Below are positions 28,301-40,900 of a stretch of DNA of 64,000 nucleotides, one piece after another (position 1 is the first letter of the stretch; every line of letters begins with the position of its first letter). The notes under the pieces were generated by a model that worked only from the letters and a program-made list of their open reading frames with translations, was not told the origin of the DNA and ran no database searches. The translations under genes and the position numbers were made by a program. Origin of the DNA: Haliotis rubra (Eukaryota); assembly GCF_003918875.1 (NCBI RefSeq), contig NW_025765657.1, positions 1-64,000 of the forward strand. The letters are read 5' to 3'.

Positions 28301-29905
28301 AACACTCGTTGAATAAAGTGAAAACATCTTCAGCAAGCCTCGGATGTTTGTAACTTTAATCAACTCGTGTTGATATAGATAATCAATATCAGAAGACACT
28401 TGGGTGACTCCATGTTCACCTCACTGCATCATTGCAATATCCGGGTTAGAACTGATCTTCAGTAACCCATGATTGTCGTAAAAGGAGACTAAGGGGATCG
28501 GTGGTCAGGCTCGCTGACTTGGTTGACACATGTCATCGTATCCCAAAAGCATACGTAGATCGATGCTCATGCTGTTGATCATTCGATTGTCTGGTCCAGA
28601 CTCGATTATTTACAGACCGCATACTCCGGAAACTACCACATTGGGTTTTTGTGATCCGATAAGCATTGCATTTTTACAAGCCAGTATACTGGAAGATAAC
28701 TATACTTTCTCTTCACTCTCAAATCTGTTGTTTAAATCTGAGACTTAATTTCATTCTATAATATCACCTGTTAAAATGTGCAACTGTAACTTTCGAGTAT
28801 AAAGAATAGAGTCTGACTTTCCACCCTAATGAAGTCTGTTGTACCACATCTATCTAGAGTTTTTATCTCTCAACATTGTACACGCTATTTGTAGTTAGAT
28901 GGTCCGTGATCAATGCAGCTATGGTAACGGTAATACAGTGGCTCTGAGGCGGCATTAGCGACATGTTCTATTTTTAGATCAAAATGGCAGCCACGAATAA
29001 CTCGTGAAAGGAAGGTAGGGATTCTCTTTTCGTCAAGTTTAATGTTTAGACTGTGTTCATAATGTACTAGATTGCTATGTCATGTGTCTATTTTGCTTCT
29101 TATTGGTCCACACACTCCTGAATGTCAGTTGACACAATATCCGACGCCTCCATTAGATGTAAGAGATAGTTATTCGTACTTTCTATTTCATTTTAACTTT
29201 GCAGGTTAATTCAGCGTAAACCTCAACACTTAAATCACAGTAGAGTATATAAATTTAATTTGATATCGAAATACAATTACCATTACATGTCATACTTTTC
29301 ACTTTGCGAATGAATATGATCTGATTTTAAATAGATTGGTTTCATAACAAGATGGACCTTAATTAGCATGATGTTGTTTATGGTAAAGAAAGGAATAAAT
29401 AATTTGTTTATCACACATTCTGGAATAACCTTTGACTTTTCATGATTTTTAAAAGGAAGGACGTCTTTAGTAAACCTAGTCTGTTATTGAACTATTATTC
29501 CGTTTGCATAGTATGTGTAATACGTGAGTGTGCTCTTAGCGTCGGAATGGCTAGTCGACTGTGGCGCTGCTCTTGTGGAGATTTACTGAGAGCAGAGTAG
29601 CTGCCTGTGCACTGCAGGCATCAGGGCATTCTCTCAGACGATTCTAGTCCGGATGGTAAATACCATACATATGCCTGATATCATACACATAAATAAATAT
29701 TCAAATATCTTTGTGTCGGTTGTTTGTTCACTCTACAGACTCTTCACTTTGGGGGAGGCCCAAGATCTATTTTTAGGTATTAAGCGTTTGTTATGGACGA
29801 TTTGGTTGGTAGTCTCTCCATGACTCTGCGCCGTGTACGGGTGGTTCTTGTCAAATCTTGGTCCAGCCTGGTTCCTGGGATCTGCTGCGCTACGCTTAGT
29901 GTCGA

Positions 29906-30222
29906 GGTGAGGTGAGGTGAAATTAGGTTTAACGTCGTGCTTGAGAATATTTCGCTCATATGACGACGTGCATGCGTGCGATGTGTATGTGCGGCTGCTT
30001 GTACTAGCCCAGACTAAAGCTGGTTTTATAGTGCTAGCTCACTGAGATACCATGCCGCAGTGAAGCATGAATACCCCACTCAGACACATTATACTGAATC
30101 CGAGCCGACCAGTCCTTGTTGTACCCATTAATGCCGAGCGCCAGGCAGGGACCAACAAGTACCATATTTAAACGTCTTTTGGTATGACGGGGCCGGGGAT
30201 CGAACCCGCGACCTTTCGCTCG
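29906..30222 (-). mobile_element. SINE family 3 insertion, right arm only
   Basis: B box GGTTCGATCCC on the minus strand, (TCACC)n tail, TSD GTGTCGA at 29899-29905 and 30223-30229; empty site at ~10839-10845. Confidence 0.88.
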
Positions 30223-31548
30223 GTGTCGAAAGACACCCCCGGAACAGATCGCCCATAGCCACAGGCCCGCGTATATATATATATATTTGAGATCGTGATC
30301 TTGAACTTAGTGACATTCAGATGGGAATGCACTTTGACAAGTAAGAAAAAGAGATAATAAATTATATGTAGAAATGATGATTGCATTATGGTGACAGGAC
30401 TGACTCACCTTTCTTTGATGAGCATAAAAGGTATCTTTAACGACATGGACAAATTCATTATTCTTTGTTTTTTCATACTCAATATATGATTTGTTTTTGG
30501 TTTTGTTTTATTTCTTCAGAATTATACCTTTAAGAGCTTTTTGTTATATTGTGTGATTTTAATGATAGTTCAACAGTATCTTAGATATATTTGTTGATAC
30601 TTTGTAAAGCACAGAGCTGTTACTGTTAAACAGGCATTTTGCTGATCTAGATGGAAAGTGCCGACTTTTGTTTCCTTGTAATAGCTTTTCATACATACAG
30701 TGCCATCCAAACGTTTATATGATCTTCAAATGATATATGTTAAATCTGGAAAACCATACTTCGGGTAAAATTACCTTTAATTGGTCCAGAGGGACCACAG
30801 ATGCTTTAAATATGCGAAAACTGAAAGAATACTATCATATGAAAGAACTGTTGCCACTTTTAATTAAACACATTGCCTTTAATGTTTAATCAAGCTGTCA
30901 TCCGTACCATGAGGAAACTTTATATAAATTTATCGATGCTCAATTTTGAAACATTGCCAGTTATTTGTAGAAAAGATTGAATGACACTATATTGTTAAAG
31001 AGGTTGCTATATATACCTGAAATGAAGAAATTTATCAGCGGGATCCTTTATTTTGAAGCGACTTATATTTATGACATCGCAGGCAATATCCTAAATTCTG
31101 AATAGTCATTTCTAACCACGGGTATGAGGAATATGTTGCTTGAAAGAAATTGATTTGAAAGACGATGTTGCCATGTTGACTTTATGATAATTGCCATGCT
31201 TGCTGTTTGAAGTTTTCTGTAGGGTATTGGCCGAGAAAGAAGGTCAATGTTATTAGAACGGAAGTACAAACAGCTCTTTTGGTACCATGGGATCGTTTTG
31301 GTTTTTTTGTATTTCGTAAACCAGAAGGGAGGTCATTCAATCAAAAATCCTCCTAACCTTGTTAAGTCAAAATATTGCATGAAATTCGATTATTTAATGA
31401 TAAAAATGAGGTATGAAACAGTCAATACATTCACAAAAGTAAATAATGAAGACATTAGATGGTTACAGAATAAGACTAAATTGTTTACTTTTCAGAAATT
31501 AAACGATTCTGGCAAACAGTAAATAAGACTGGTTCTCCTTCGTACACG

Positions 31549-31999
31549 ATGGACACTACTCCTCTGCTATCAGAACCAGAGGATGGATCCATCCAAGAAT
31601 CCCCGTATCACCTTCCACAGCCTCTTCGGGGTCCATCTCTGGATGAATTAGCTGGATGTGGTGTTGATGTTAGAAGCCCCGGTGACGACATTACAACGAC
31701 GGGCATCGACTTCAGGGACTACACGTCTCTCAGCACGAATGTCCAGCTGGACAGATTGAAAGAACACGAAGAACACGAACCAACTGTGAGAAAAGTCGTT
31801 TTTTCTCCTGATGCGACGACTGCTGATGCAGTTCCTTTGGACATCCCAAGACGTAACCCCATTCGTTCAGCATCAACATACAGTAATCAGGATCTCAGTG
31901 ACCTTGACAGCGTATCTACTTCCGCTCGTCACGATGGCCACTACACCTCTGCCAGTATCGAAGACAGGCACTCGAGACCTGTTCCATCTTTTAGAGCAG
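31549..31999 (+). CDS. Copy B exon 1: acidic Ser/Pro/Asp-rich, probably disordered N-terminus (MDTTPLLSEPEDGS...PVPSFRA)
   Basis: ORF 31549-32040 with donor CAG|GTAAGA at 31999/32000, phase 1 matching exon 2; homologous exon in the mirror copy at 8752-9229. Confidence 0.7.
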
Positions 32000-34900
32000 G
32001 TAAGACGTTAGACATCCTATGTTTCCTGGGATATGGGTAGTGGTAACCGTAGTTTCTTACATGCATATTTCTTCGTTTATGAAGGCATATAATGCGCTTT
32101 GGGGAATAAATACAAGATTGATTTCCAAAAAAAAAATAGGAAATCTTCACCAAAGACAGAGTCGACTACCATGTGTTATTGAATCAGTATCAAATGTCGA
32201 TGATACCAGGTGTTCAAGGAAAGAGGGGTATCATGAAATAAACACAAGGGAAATTAAATGCTTCTAAAAAAGAGGGGCGGTGGGGTAGCCTAGTGGTTAA
32301 AACGTTGGCTCGTCACGCCGAAGCCCCGGGTTCGATTCCCCACATGGGCACAATGTGTGAAGCCCATTTCTGGTGTCCCCCGCCGTGATGTTGCTGGAAT
32401 ATTGCTAAAAGCGGCGTAAAACTAAACTCAGTCAGTCAGTCAGTCTAAAAAAGAACGAAACATATCTTCAAAATTCGAAAATAACCAAGGCCTGCATGCC
32501 ACTGTCCCAATGAGACAGTAAAGACAGCAGTTCTGGCACATGCAACTGACGTACTTATATGTTGAATACATTGAACACATCGTCAATGAACTTTATTACA
32601 CATATATTTTGAATTTTCCTTTTTTGATGGGTAAAAGATGTGCCGGGCTGCTGACAGAAACATTTGATCATTGGTTCAAATCCCAGATTGGTTTGTCAGA
32701 CATTCACCATATGAAGCAGACCGTTATAAAGCTGTTCGGTACAGTGTTAAACCAACCTTACTGATCTTTCAAGATGACCAAATAATGACCTTACAGGCAC
32801 AACGGGCGGTGGGGTATCACAGTGTTAAAGCGTAAAGAGTGAGGGTTCGATTGCCCACACACTCGCTCACTCACTCACTCACTCACAGGCACAGGAGACG
32901 TGACAACCCAGCCTCCATCTGGTGAGATAATAAACGCGGACGAATCTGTACATCCACCACACTGGACAAGTGTTGCCCCTCCGCTCTCAGAAGGAAAGAG
33001 GTACCACGTCTTCTTTTCCTATGAAATCTCCGACAGAGAGTGGGTGGAGGAGGTCACCAGACGTCTAGAGTCGCCAGAGATGGGCTTCAGATGCAGCATG
33101 CACGAGAGAGACTTTCACGGAGGTAAGCGTATCATTGAAAACATCACCGAACACATCCGGCTGTCGGAGAAGACGGTGTTGGTGCTGTCTCCAGACTTCA
33201 TTCAGAGTCACTGGTGCATGTTTGAGATTGAGATGGGGATGATCCTGAGCATGGAGGAGAGCCAGCTGCTGGTGGTGCCTGTGATGGTGAAGCGATGCTT
33301 TGTACCCGACAGTATCAAGACCCTCACCTACATTGATGCAACTCCTGGTAATGACTGGTGGCAGCGGTTCATTGGGGCCATAGTTTCTAAAGGTGTGTTT
33401 CCTGATCCTGAAACTCTAAATACCTTAGTAGATACTGATCTAAATAATTACATTCCATACATTATCTTCCCAATACAACAATCACTATATTTGTTCAATT
33501 AAATAGTAATTGGACATTTTCGCCTAAAAGAAATGGATAAAATCCTATTTCTCATATCATCTCAATCTGTATACTTTTCAAGGAATATGTCGCGAAATTA
33601 CTTAAATTTACTGAAACCGAACCATATACCATTTTAGAGGACCTACGCGGTAACCTGACGGGTACAAAAGAATTGAGAATCGAGCCTCGTCACGGTAAGG
33701 CAGCTTTATAACGGTAAGGCATAATGTACTGTCCTAATGGTGATACATCCGACGGTATAAATGTGTACCAGTTACTGATAATGATATTGTTACCATATTA
33801 AGGACATTTTAATCGTATATTAAAAATCAACAAACCTGAAAGAAACATAGTATTCCCAGGAAATATCGAGAAAGTTGTTTTGGCAAATATCTAATATATG
33901 TATGTAAACTATAGTCGTTTTATTTCAAGGAATATATTAAGATATGATTCTCTTACAGTCTAAGTGTCTTTTCAGTAGTTTGTGAGACCTCCTTTCCATG
34001 CAATACATGACATACCCATGAAAGTTTGTAGGAAATTGCGTAACAGCGTATCCCGATATTCGACCACTTCTCTGTTCATATCCTCAACATGTCTAAGTCC
34101 TCTTTGGTTTATTCTGCCCTTCATTAGTCCCCGCACATTCTCAATAGGGTTAAGATCTGTGCTTGTAGCTGGGCCAGTTTAAAATTTGAACATCATTTTC
34201 GTGCGACAACCACTGTTTTGTGTTGCCCGCATTATCAAAATGGAAAATCCAATTACCTTCATACACTGTTCGGGCCGTTGGAAGGAGGTGATCACTTAAG
34301 ATGTCAACATATCGTTCCTTCGTCAAATTTCCAATGAAAATACACAACGGCGTCACTCCACGTGATATCCTACCCCACTGGTTAAATTTCGGGATATGTT
34401 TTGGGTGTTAGTAGATCGGTTTCACGGTCTCTTTTGTCCAAGATTTTTACACAGTTCGGAAAAAGCCAGACAGAACTTTCATCAAAAAAGAAAACATTAT
34501 CCCAATCTTGATTTTCGTGAGCACTACACCAGTTTAAACATCTTTCTTTCTTTCATCGATTGTGAGGGAATTCCCACAGGAGCTTGTAACGCTAAAAACT
34601 GCCGTCAAGGTGTGTACTGTCACTATCGGGGTCTTAGTACTATATAAAAGGAAAGGGATGTAACGAGGTCAACACACCAAGTTCGTTTCAGGGCGAATTC
34701 AACAATGCTCACTGTATTTATCCCAGTTAAAGTATGCACACATTTTCAAGCCAGTAGATTTACCGACAAAATAAGACATACAGCACAAAAGTCGAAGCCG
34801 TACTTTGGGAGCTAGGGTCTTCGGAAGCTCGGAAATCGTGATTTCTCGATTCCGAGCCAAAATCCCTGCTCAGAATTTGTAGTGGTAACTCACCAACTTT

Positions 34901-37900
34901 CTTGTTTATTTCACAGTTTACACAAACGACATGCACCAAAACATGTCGAACTGATGGCACCTGTCAGCGCGCTAGTCGCCATTCTTTCTGAGACACTTAC
35001 ACCTCACTGTCATAATGAGTTTACGTTCATTTATTCATCGCAAACTGAATCGTGTCGTGCCCGTTCGCCATTGACGACCTTATTATTTTGTAGGTAAATC
35101 TCGCAGGCGATCCGTGCAGTGCAGTTGTGTGCAGTTGAGCCTTTTATTTCAGAAACCATTACAACCTTCAAGCGTCCTTCACAAAACTCTCGAGAGTTAT
35201 ACCCTTTATGCTCTCCTTGCATACCGCTAAAGAAAACGGAGTTATCTCCCTTACACCAATGTTTAACTAAACATATTTTGTACCTTATTACGATATTTCA
35301 CAGTACTTACTAAACTTATTGGCCTTCCAGCCCCTGTCTTGTGCTCAATCCCAACTCCTGACTGAATATTCTTCAAAGTTCTGTATACTGTAGACAGAGG
35401 AATGTCATGTCTACCAGCTAACTCTTTTGCATTAGTCTTATCCCTTTCAAAATCATCTAGAACGAGGTTTCTTGCCTCTTCTGCTGTCAGACCTTACATG
35501 TCAACAAAGGAAGCCGTCTGCCACACCAGGGGAGATAACTGTTGATATAGTAAGGTTCATCATCAAGCCTGCAAGAGTTACCTCCCATATTGAGTACCTT
35601 ATTTCATAATGTAACACCTTTTTTCTAAATTCCGTTATCAGTATTTACAAAGATTTTCTCAATAACTTCTGGGAAAACTGTACATGAATTTATGTACGTG
35701 TTGTCCAGTTGTCAATATACGTTGAAAGTATCTGAGGTGATAGTGGTGCTATTTGATAGAGAAGATCACTTCACTACTGTTTGTCTTTAGGAAATATGGA
35801 TGCGTTGGTTGAGCTATCTTCCAACTTCAAGTGTCCCTTGGGAGAACAGTTGAGGACCCCTTATATACCCGAGCCGTTACTGAGACAGGGTGTTCAGGTA
35901 TGTTTTTGTTACTGATATGGGGTGTCCAAGTGTTGGTATCTTGCTGATACCAGTTATACAGTTGTGTATGTTGCTCAGGCCCAATATCCAGGATTGTTTC
36001 TGTTGCTGAGACCCAGTATCAGGTCTGTATTTGTTGCTGATACCAGGTATCCAGGTGTGTGTTTGTTGCTGATACGAGATATACAGGTATACTAAACGCC
36101 AAAAGAAACGTTACCCTCCTTCCTTAATGACGGAGGTACCTATTTTCAGCTGGCGTTGTGATGCGTGGACGTCCACTTCTTGGTCTGTCTACGGTGATCC
36201 CAGTCTGTCTAAAGCCCTGAATACGTCTTATAACCGTGATACGGTGGCATCCGAGGGCGTTGGCAACAGCATTGTATGTCGACCCCATCTGTACCATCCC
36301 ATTGACTCTTTCTCTCCCTTCAGCTGTTAATCGTGGCATATTTCTCGTACTTGTGTATCAGATCATGTCTTCTAGGCTCTCTTTATACCCTATGCAATCA
36401 TTCTGCATGTGAAATGGATGTAAATACTGTTTGAATATTGCTGCGTTTGGGCGATTGATATTGCCATGTGTAAAATGGAAATAGAAAAATGTTAGTTTGC
36501 AAGCAAAAATGTTAACAAAGATAATTGTAGATGTTCCTAAACATGTTTTCACAATATCAAAGACAGGTTTTACTTGTTTTCACTAATGCAAATCAGCAGA
36601 AAATGTTTTAAAAGACAAAAATCATAGCAATGATTATTTTACAAATTTACAAACTCTACAACAGTTGTTTCTTGTTTTAATAGTTGAAAAATGGTGACTT
36701 TAAATGGTTTCTCATTTTTCCCAAAGCAGAATTTAATTTCAACCTTTCTTTTGGACATCAACATCACTATTATTGGTTTATTTCGGCATGGACGAATATA
36801 GGACAATTAAACTCTTCTGAAAAAGATGCATTTCACCCAAATACGAATGCATTTGAGAATTTATTTTCGTGATTTGCATAAAGCTGTGTTGTTAAGCTTT
36901 ATTGTAAACTAAAACCTTCTAAAAATCATTGGTAGTTTTCAGTAATTCATAAAGGTAGGTGGGTGACGTTTCCTTTGGCGTCTAGTGCATGTGTTTGTTG
37001 CTGAGACCGGTTATACAGGTGTGTGTTTGTTGCTGAGACCCGTTATACAGAGGTGTTTTTGTTGCTGAGGCCCGGTATCCAGGTGTGTGTTTGTTGCTTA
37101 CACCCAGTATACAGGTGTGTGTGTGCTCCTGACACCCAGTATCTAGGTGTTGTTGTTGATACCAGGTATTCAGGTGTGTGCTTGTTGTTGAGACTCTGTA
37201 TCAGGTGTGTATGTTGCAGACACCTAGTATCCAGGTGTGTGTTTGTTCCTGAGATGCAGTATCAGCTGGGTGTGTGTTGCTGAAACCAGGTATAGAGGTG
37301 TGTGTTTGTTGCTAAGACCCAGTATCCAGGTGTGTGTTTGTTGCTGATACCAGGTATCCAGGTGTGTGTTTGTTGCTGACACCCAGTATCGAAGTGGGTG
37401 TATGTTGCTGATACCAGGTATCCAGGCGTGTTTGTTGCTGATACCAGGTATCCAGGTGTGTGTTTGTTGCTGATACCAGGTATCCAGGAGTGTGTTTGTT
37501 GCTGATACCAGGTATCCAGGTGTGTGTTTGTTGCTGACACCAAAATGTGTATGTTGCTGACACCCAGTATCGAGGCAGGTGTATGTTGCTGATACCAGGT
37601 ATCCAGTTGTGTGTGTAGGTTCCTGACACCCAGTATCAAGTGTGTGTATGTTGGTGACGACCGGTATCAGGTATGTGTTTGTTGCTGACAACCAGTATCC
37701 AGATGTGTGTATGTTGCTGACACCCAGTATCCAGGTGTGTGTATGTTGCTGACACCCAGTATCCAGGTGTGTGTTTGTTGCTGACAACCGGTATCAGGTA
37801 TGTGTTTGTTGCTTACACCCAGTATCCTGGTGTGTGTATGTTGGTAACACCCAGTATCCAGGCGTGTGTATGTTGCTGACACCCAGTATCAGGTATGCGT

Positions 37901-40900
37901 TTGTTGGTGACACCCTGTATCAGGTATGTGTTTGTTGCTGACGACCAGTATCCAGGTGTGTGTTTGTTGCTTACACCCAGTATCCAGGTGTGTGTATGTT
38001 GCTGACACCCAGTATCCTGGTGTGTGTATGTTGCTGACACCCAGTATCCAGGTGTGTGTTTGTTGCTGACAACCGGTATCAGGTATGTGTTTGTTGCTTA
38101 CACCCAGTATCCAGGTGTGTGTATGTTGCTGACACCCAGTATCCAGGTGTGTGTATGTTGCTGACACCCGGTATCCTGGTGTGTGTATGTTGCTGACACC
38201 CAGGATCCAGGTGTGTGTTTGTTGCTGACAACCGGTATCAGGTGTGTGTATGTTGGTAACATCCAGTAATCAGGTGTGTGTATGTTGCTGACACCCAGTA
38301 TCAGGTATGTGTTTGTTGGTGACACCCTGTATCAGGTATGTGTTTGTTGCTGACGACCAGTATCCAGGTGTGTGTATGTTGCTGACACCCAGTATCCAGG
38401 CGTGTGTATGTCGCTGACACCCGGTATCAGGTATGTGTTTGTTGGTGACACCCAGTATCAGGTATGTGTTTGTTGCTGACACCTTGTATCCGAGTGTGTG
38501 TATGTTGCTGACACCCAGTATCATGGTGTGTGTATGTTGCTGACACCCAGTATCCAGGTGTGTGTATGTTGCTGACACCCAGTATCCAGTTGTATGTATG
38601 CTGCTTACACCCAGTATCCAGATGTGTGTATGTTGCTGACACCCAATATCCTGGTGTGTGTATGCTGCTGACACCCACTATCCAGTTGTGTGTATGTTGG
38701 TAACACCCAGTATCCAGGTGTGTGTATGTTGCTGACACCCAGTATCAGGTATGTGTTTGTTGGTGACACCCTGTATCAGGTATGTGTTTGTTGCTGACGA
38801 CCAGTATCATGGTGTGTTTGTTGCTTACACCCAGTATCCAGGTGTGTGTATGTTGCTGACACCCAGTATCCAGGCGTGTGTATGTCGCTGACACCCGGTA
38901 TCAGGTATGTGTTTGTTGGTGACACCCAGTATCAGGTATGTGTTTGTTGCTGACACCTTGTATCCGAGTGTGTGTATGTTGCTGACACCCAGTATCATGG
39001 TGTGTGTATGTTGCTGACACCCAGTATCCAGGTGTGTGTATGTTGCTGACACCCAGTATCCAGTTGTATGTATGTTGCTTACACCCAGTATCCAGATGTG
39101 TGTATGTTGCTGACACCCAATATCCTGGTGTGTGTATGCTGCTGACACCCACTATCCAGTTGTGTGTATGTTGGTAACACCCAGTATCCAGGTGTGTGTA
39201 TGTTGCTGACACCCAGTATCAGGTATGTGTTTGTTGGCGACACCCTGTATCAGGTATGTGTTTGTTGCTGACGACCAGTATCCAGGTGTGTGTATGTTGC
39301 TGACACCCAGTATCCAGGTGTGTGTTTGTTGCTGACACCCAGTATCCGGGTGTGTGTATGTTGCTGACACCCAGTATCCAGGTGTGTGTATGTTGCTGAC
39401 ACCCAGTATCCAGGTGTGTGTATGTTGCTGACACCCGGTATCCTGGTGTGTGTATGTTGCTGACACCCAGTATCCTGGTGTGTGTATGTTGCTAACACCC
39501 AGTATCCTGGTGTGTGTATGTTGCTGAGAGTCAGGTATCTACTGAGACCAGGTGTTCAGATGTGTTTTTCTTATTGTGGATGGGTGTTTATATTGCTAAT
39601 CAGGACTCATAGGTTTTCTTATATCCCATGGATAACACAGTGAAGGATATCTGTAGTGTTCGGGCAACACATTCACATTGTTTGTCACTTGTAAGGCGTA
39701 ATCAAAACACTTTTCAAAATATGTACGTTTGGGGGATTTATTCTAGGTGTAGAGCCACTTTATTCATCTGGCCATTTACTTGTTCCTTCTTGGGCTGCCT
39801 GCGCAGGTGCCACCAGATGAGTTTCAACAATCGATGGACATCATTCGATCTGCAAGGTGCTGGTGTGCAGTCCTCTGTGACAACGGACCATGTTGTGTGC
39901 CAACCTTCACGATCCTCCTTCTAGCGGGAATCTCTACTGTAGCGCTGGGGGTGATAGCAAAAGGAGAGCCACCGCTAATAATGATATTTCCAGTGTTTTT
40001 CACATCTCTCTGGCTGTTCTTCGCTTTAACATTTTGCATTCAGAGACGAATAGTAAGTATATTCATATTATATCTGGTAATGTTACGTATAGTCAAATAG
40101 CTTCTCGGATTCCGTGAACTTTTTTGATGAAAGCAAATCATATAATCTTTGTGTTCATTACTTAAAGGAGTCTATTTTTTTTTTATTCCAATCTGAATAT
40201 TAATGCGAAAGCTAAAATTTAACCAGGAACTGAAAAATGTTGCAAAAACACGGAACAAAACAATGGTATTCATATCAAATACCATGCAGGAATTTTTTTC
40301 AAAATATATCCTTTCAAGTATAGTATTTGTTATAGTATGTCAGTGTGGTTGTGAGGGAATATTGTAAAAATAATACATGTTGTAAGGGGTGTGTGTGTGT
40401 GTGAGGGCATTTTGGTCGGCCGTTATGTTTTTATGACGTCACATATGTGTGACCTTTGTGTGACCTAATCGACTGTTGAACCCTTAAGCCCCCTTTGGGA
40501 GTCTCCTTCCGACCCAGGTGTGTGTGACCTTCAGGTTGACCTTGGTAGTCTGTGATTATTATTCAATTATTTTATGAGTTTGCCGACTCGAGTGTTCACA
40601 CAGCAAAATCTCTTTTCAACGTAGAATTAATATTACATAATGCATATGAGGGGAAATTAGTTGCTATTTATTAGGTCAAAAGCTGTGAAAATATCAGAGC
40701 GCATTTTGTTAAATAAAAGGTATCACTAGCCAGTTTAAAATATGCTGTCATTGGTGATTTGGTACACAAGGAACAACTCCGAAGTTCTGAGTATTTATTT
40801 TACATATCTGTGAACAATAAACGATTGTAGCTGTTAGCAAATAAAATTCATGCGCCATGTGGGCCTGTATATGATTATTGCGTGCGTGAATGGAGGGTGC

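Noticed and set aside
32274-32345. tRNA genes (A/B boxes, here and at similar loci)
   Set aside because: They continue into SINE bodies with microsatellite tails and TSDs, so they are SINE heads.
32900-33502. Stand-alone single-exon 200-aa TIR protein (bacterial-type anti-phage TIR)
   Set aside because: The ORF starts at GTG, is bounded by good splice sites, and reads into AT-rich intron after 33392.
36985-39530. CRISPR-like array (~32-bp period)
   Set aside because: Units are contiguous with no unique spacers, there are no cas genes, and the context is eukaryotic.
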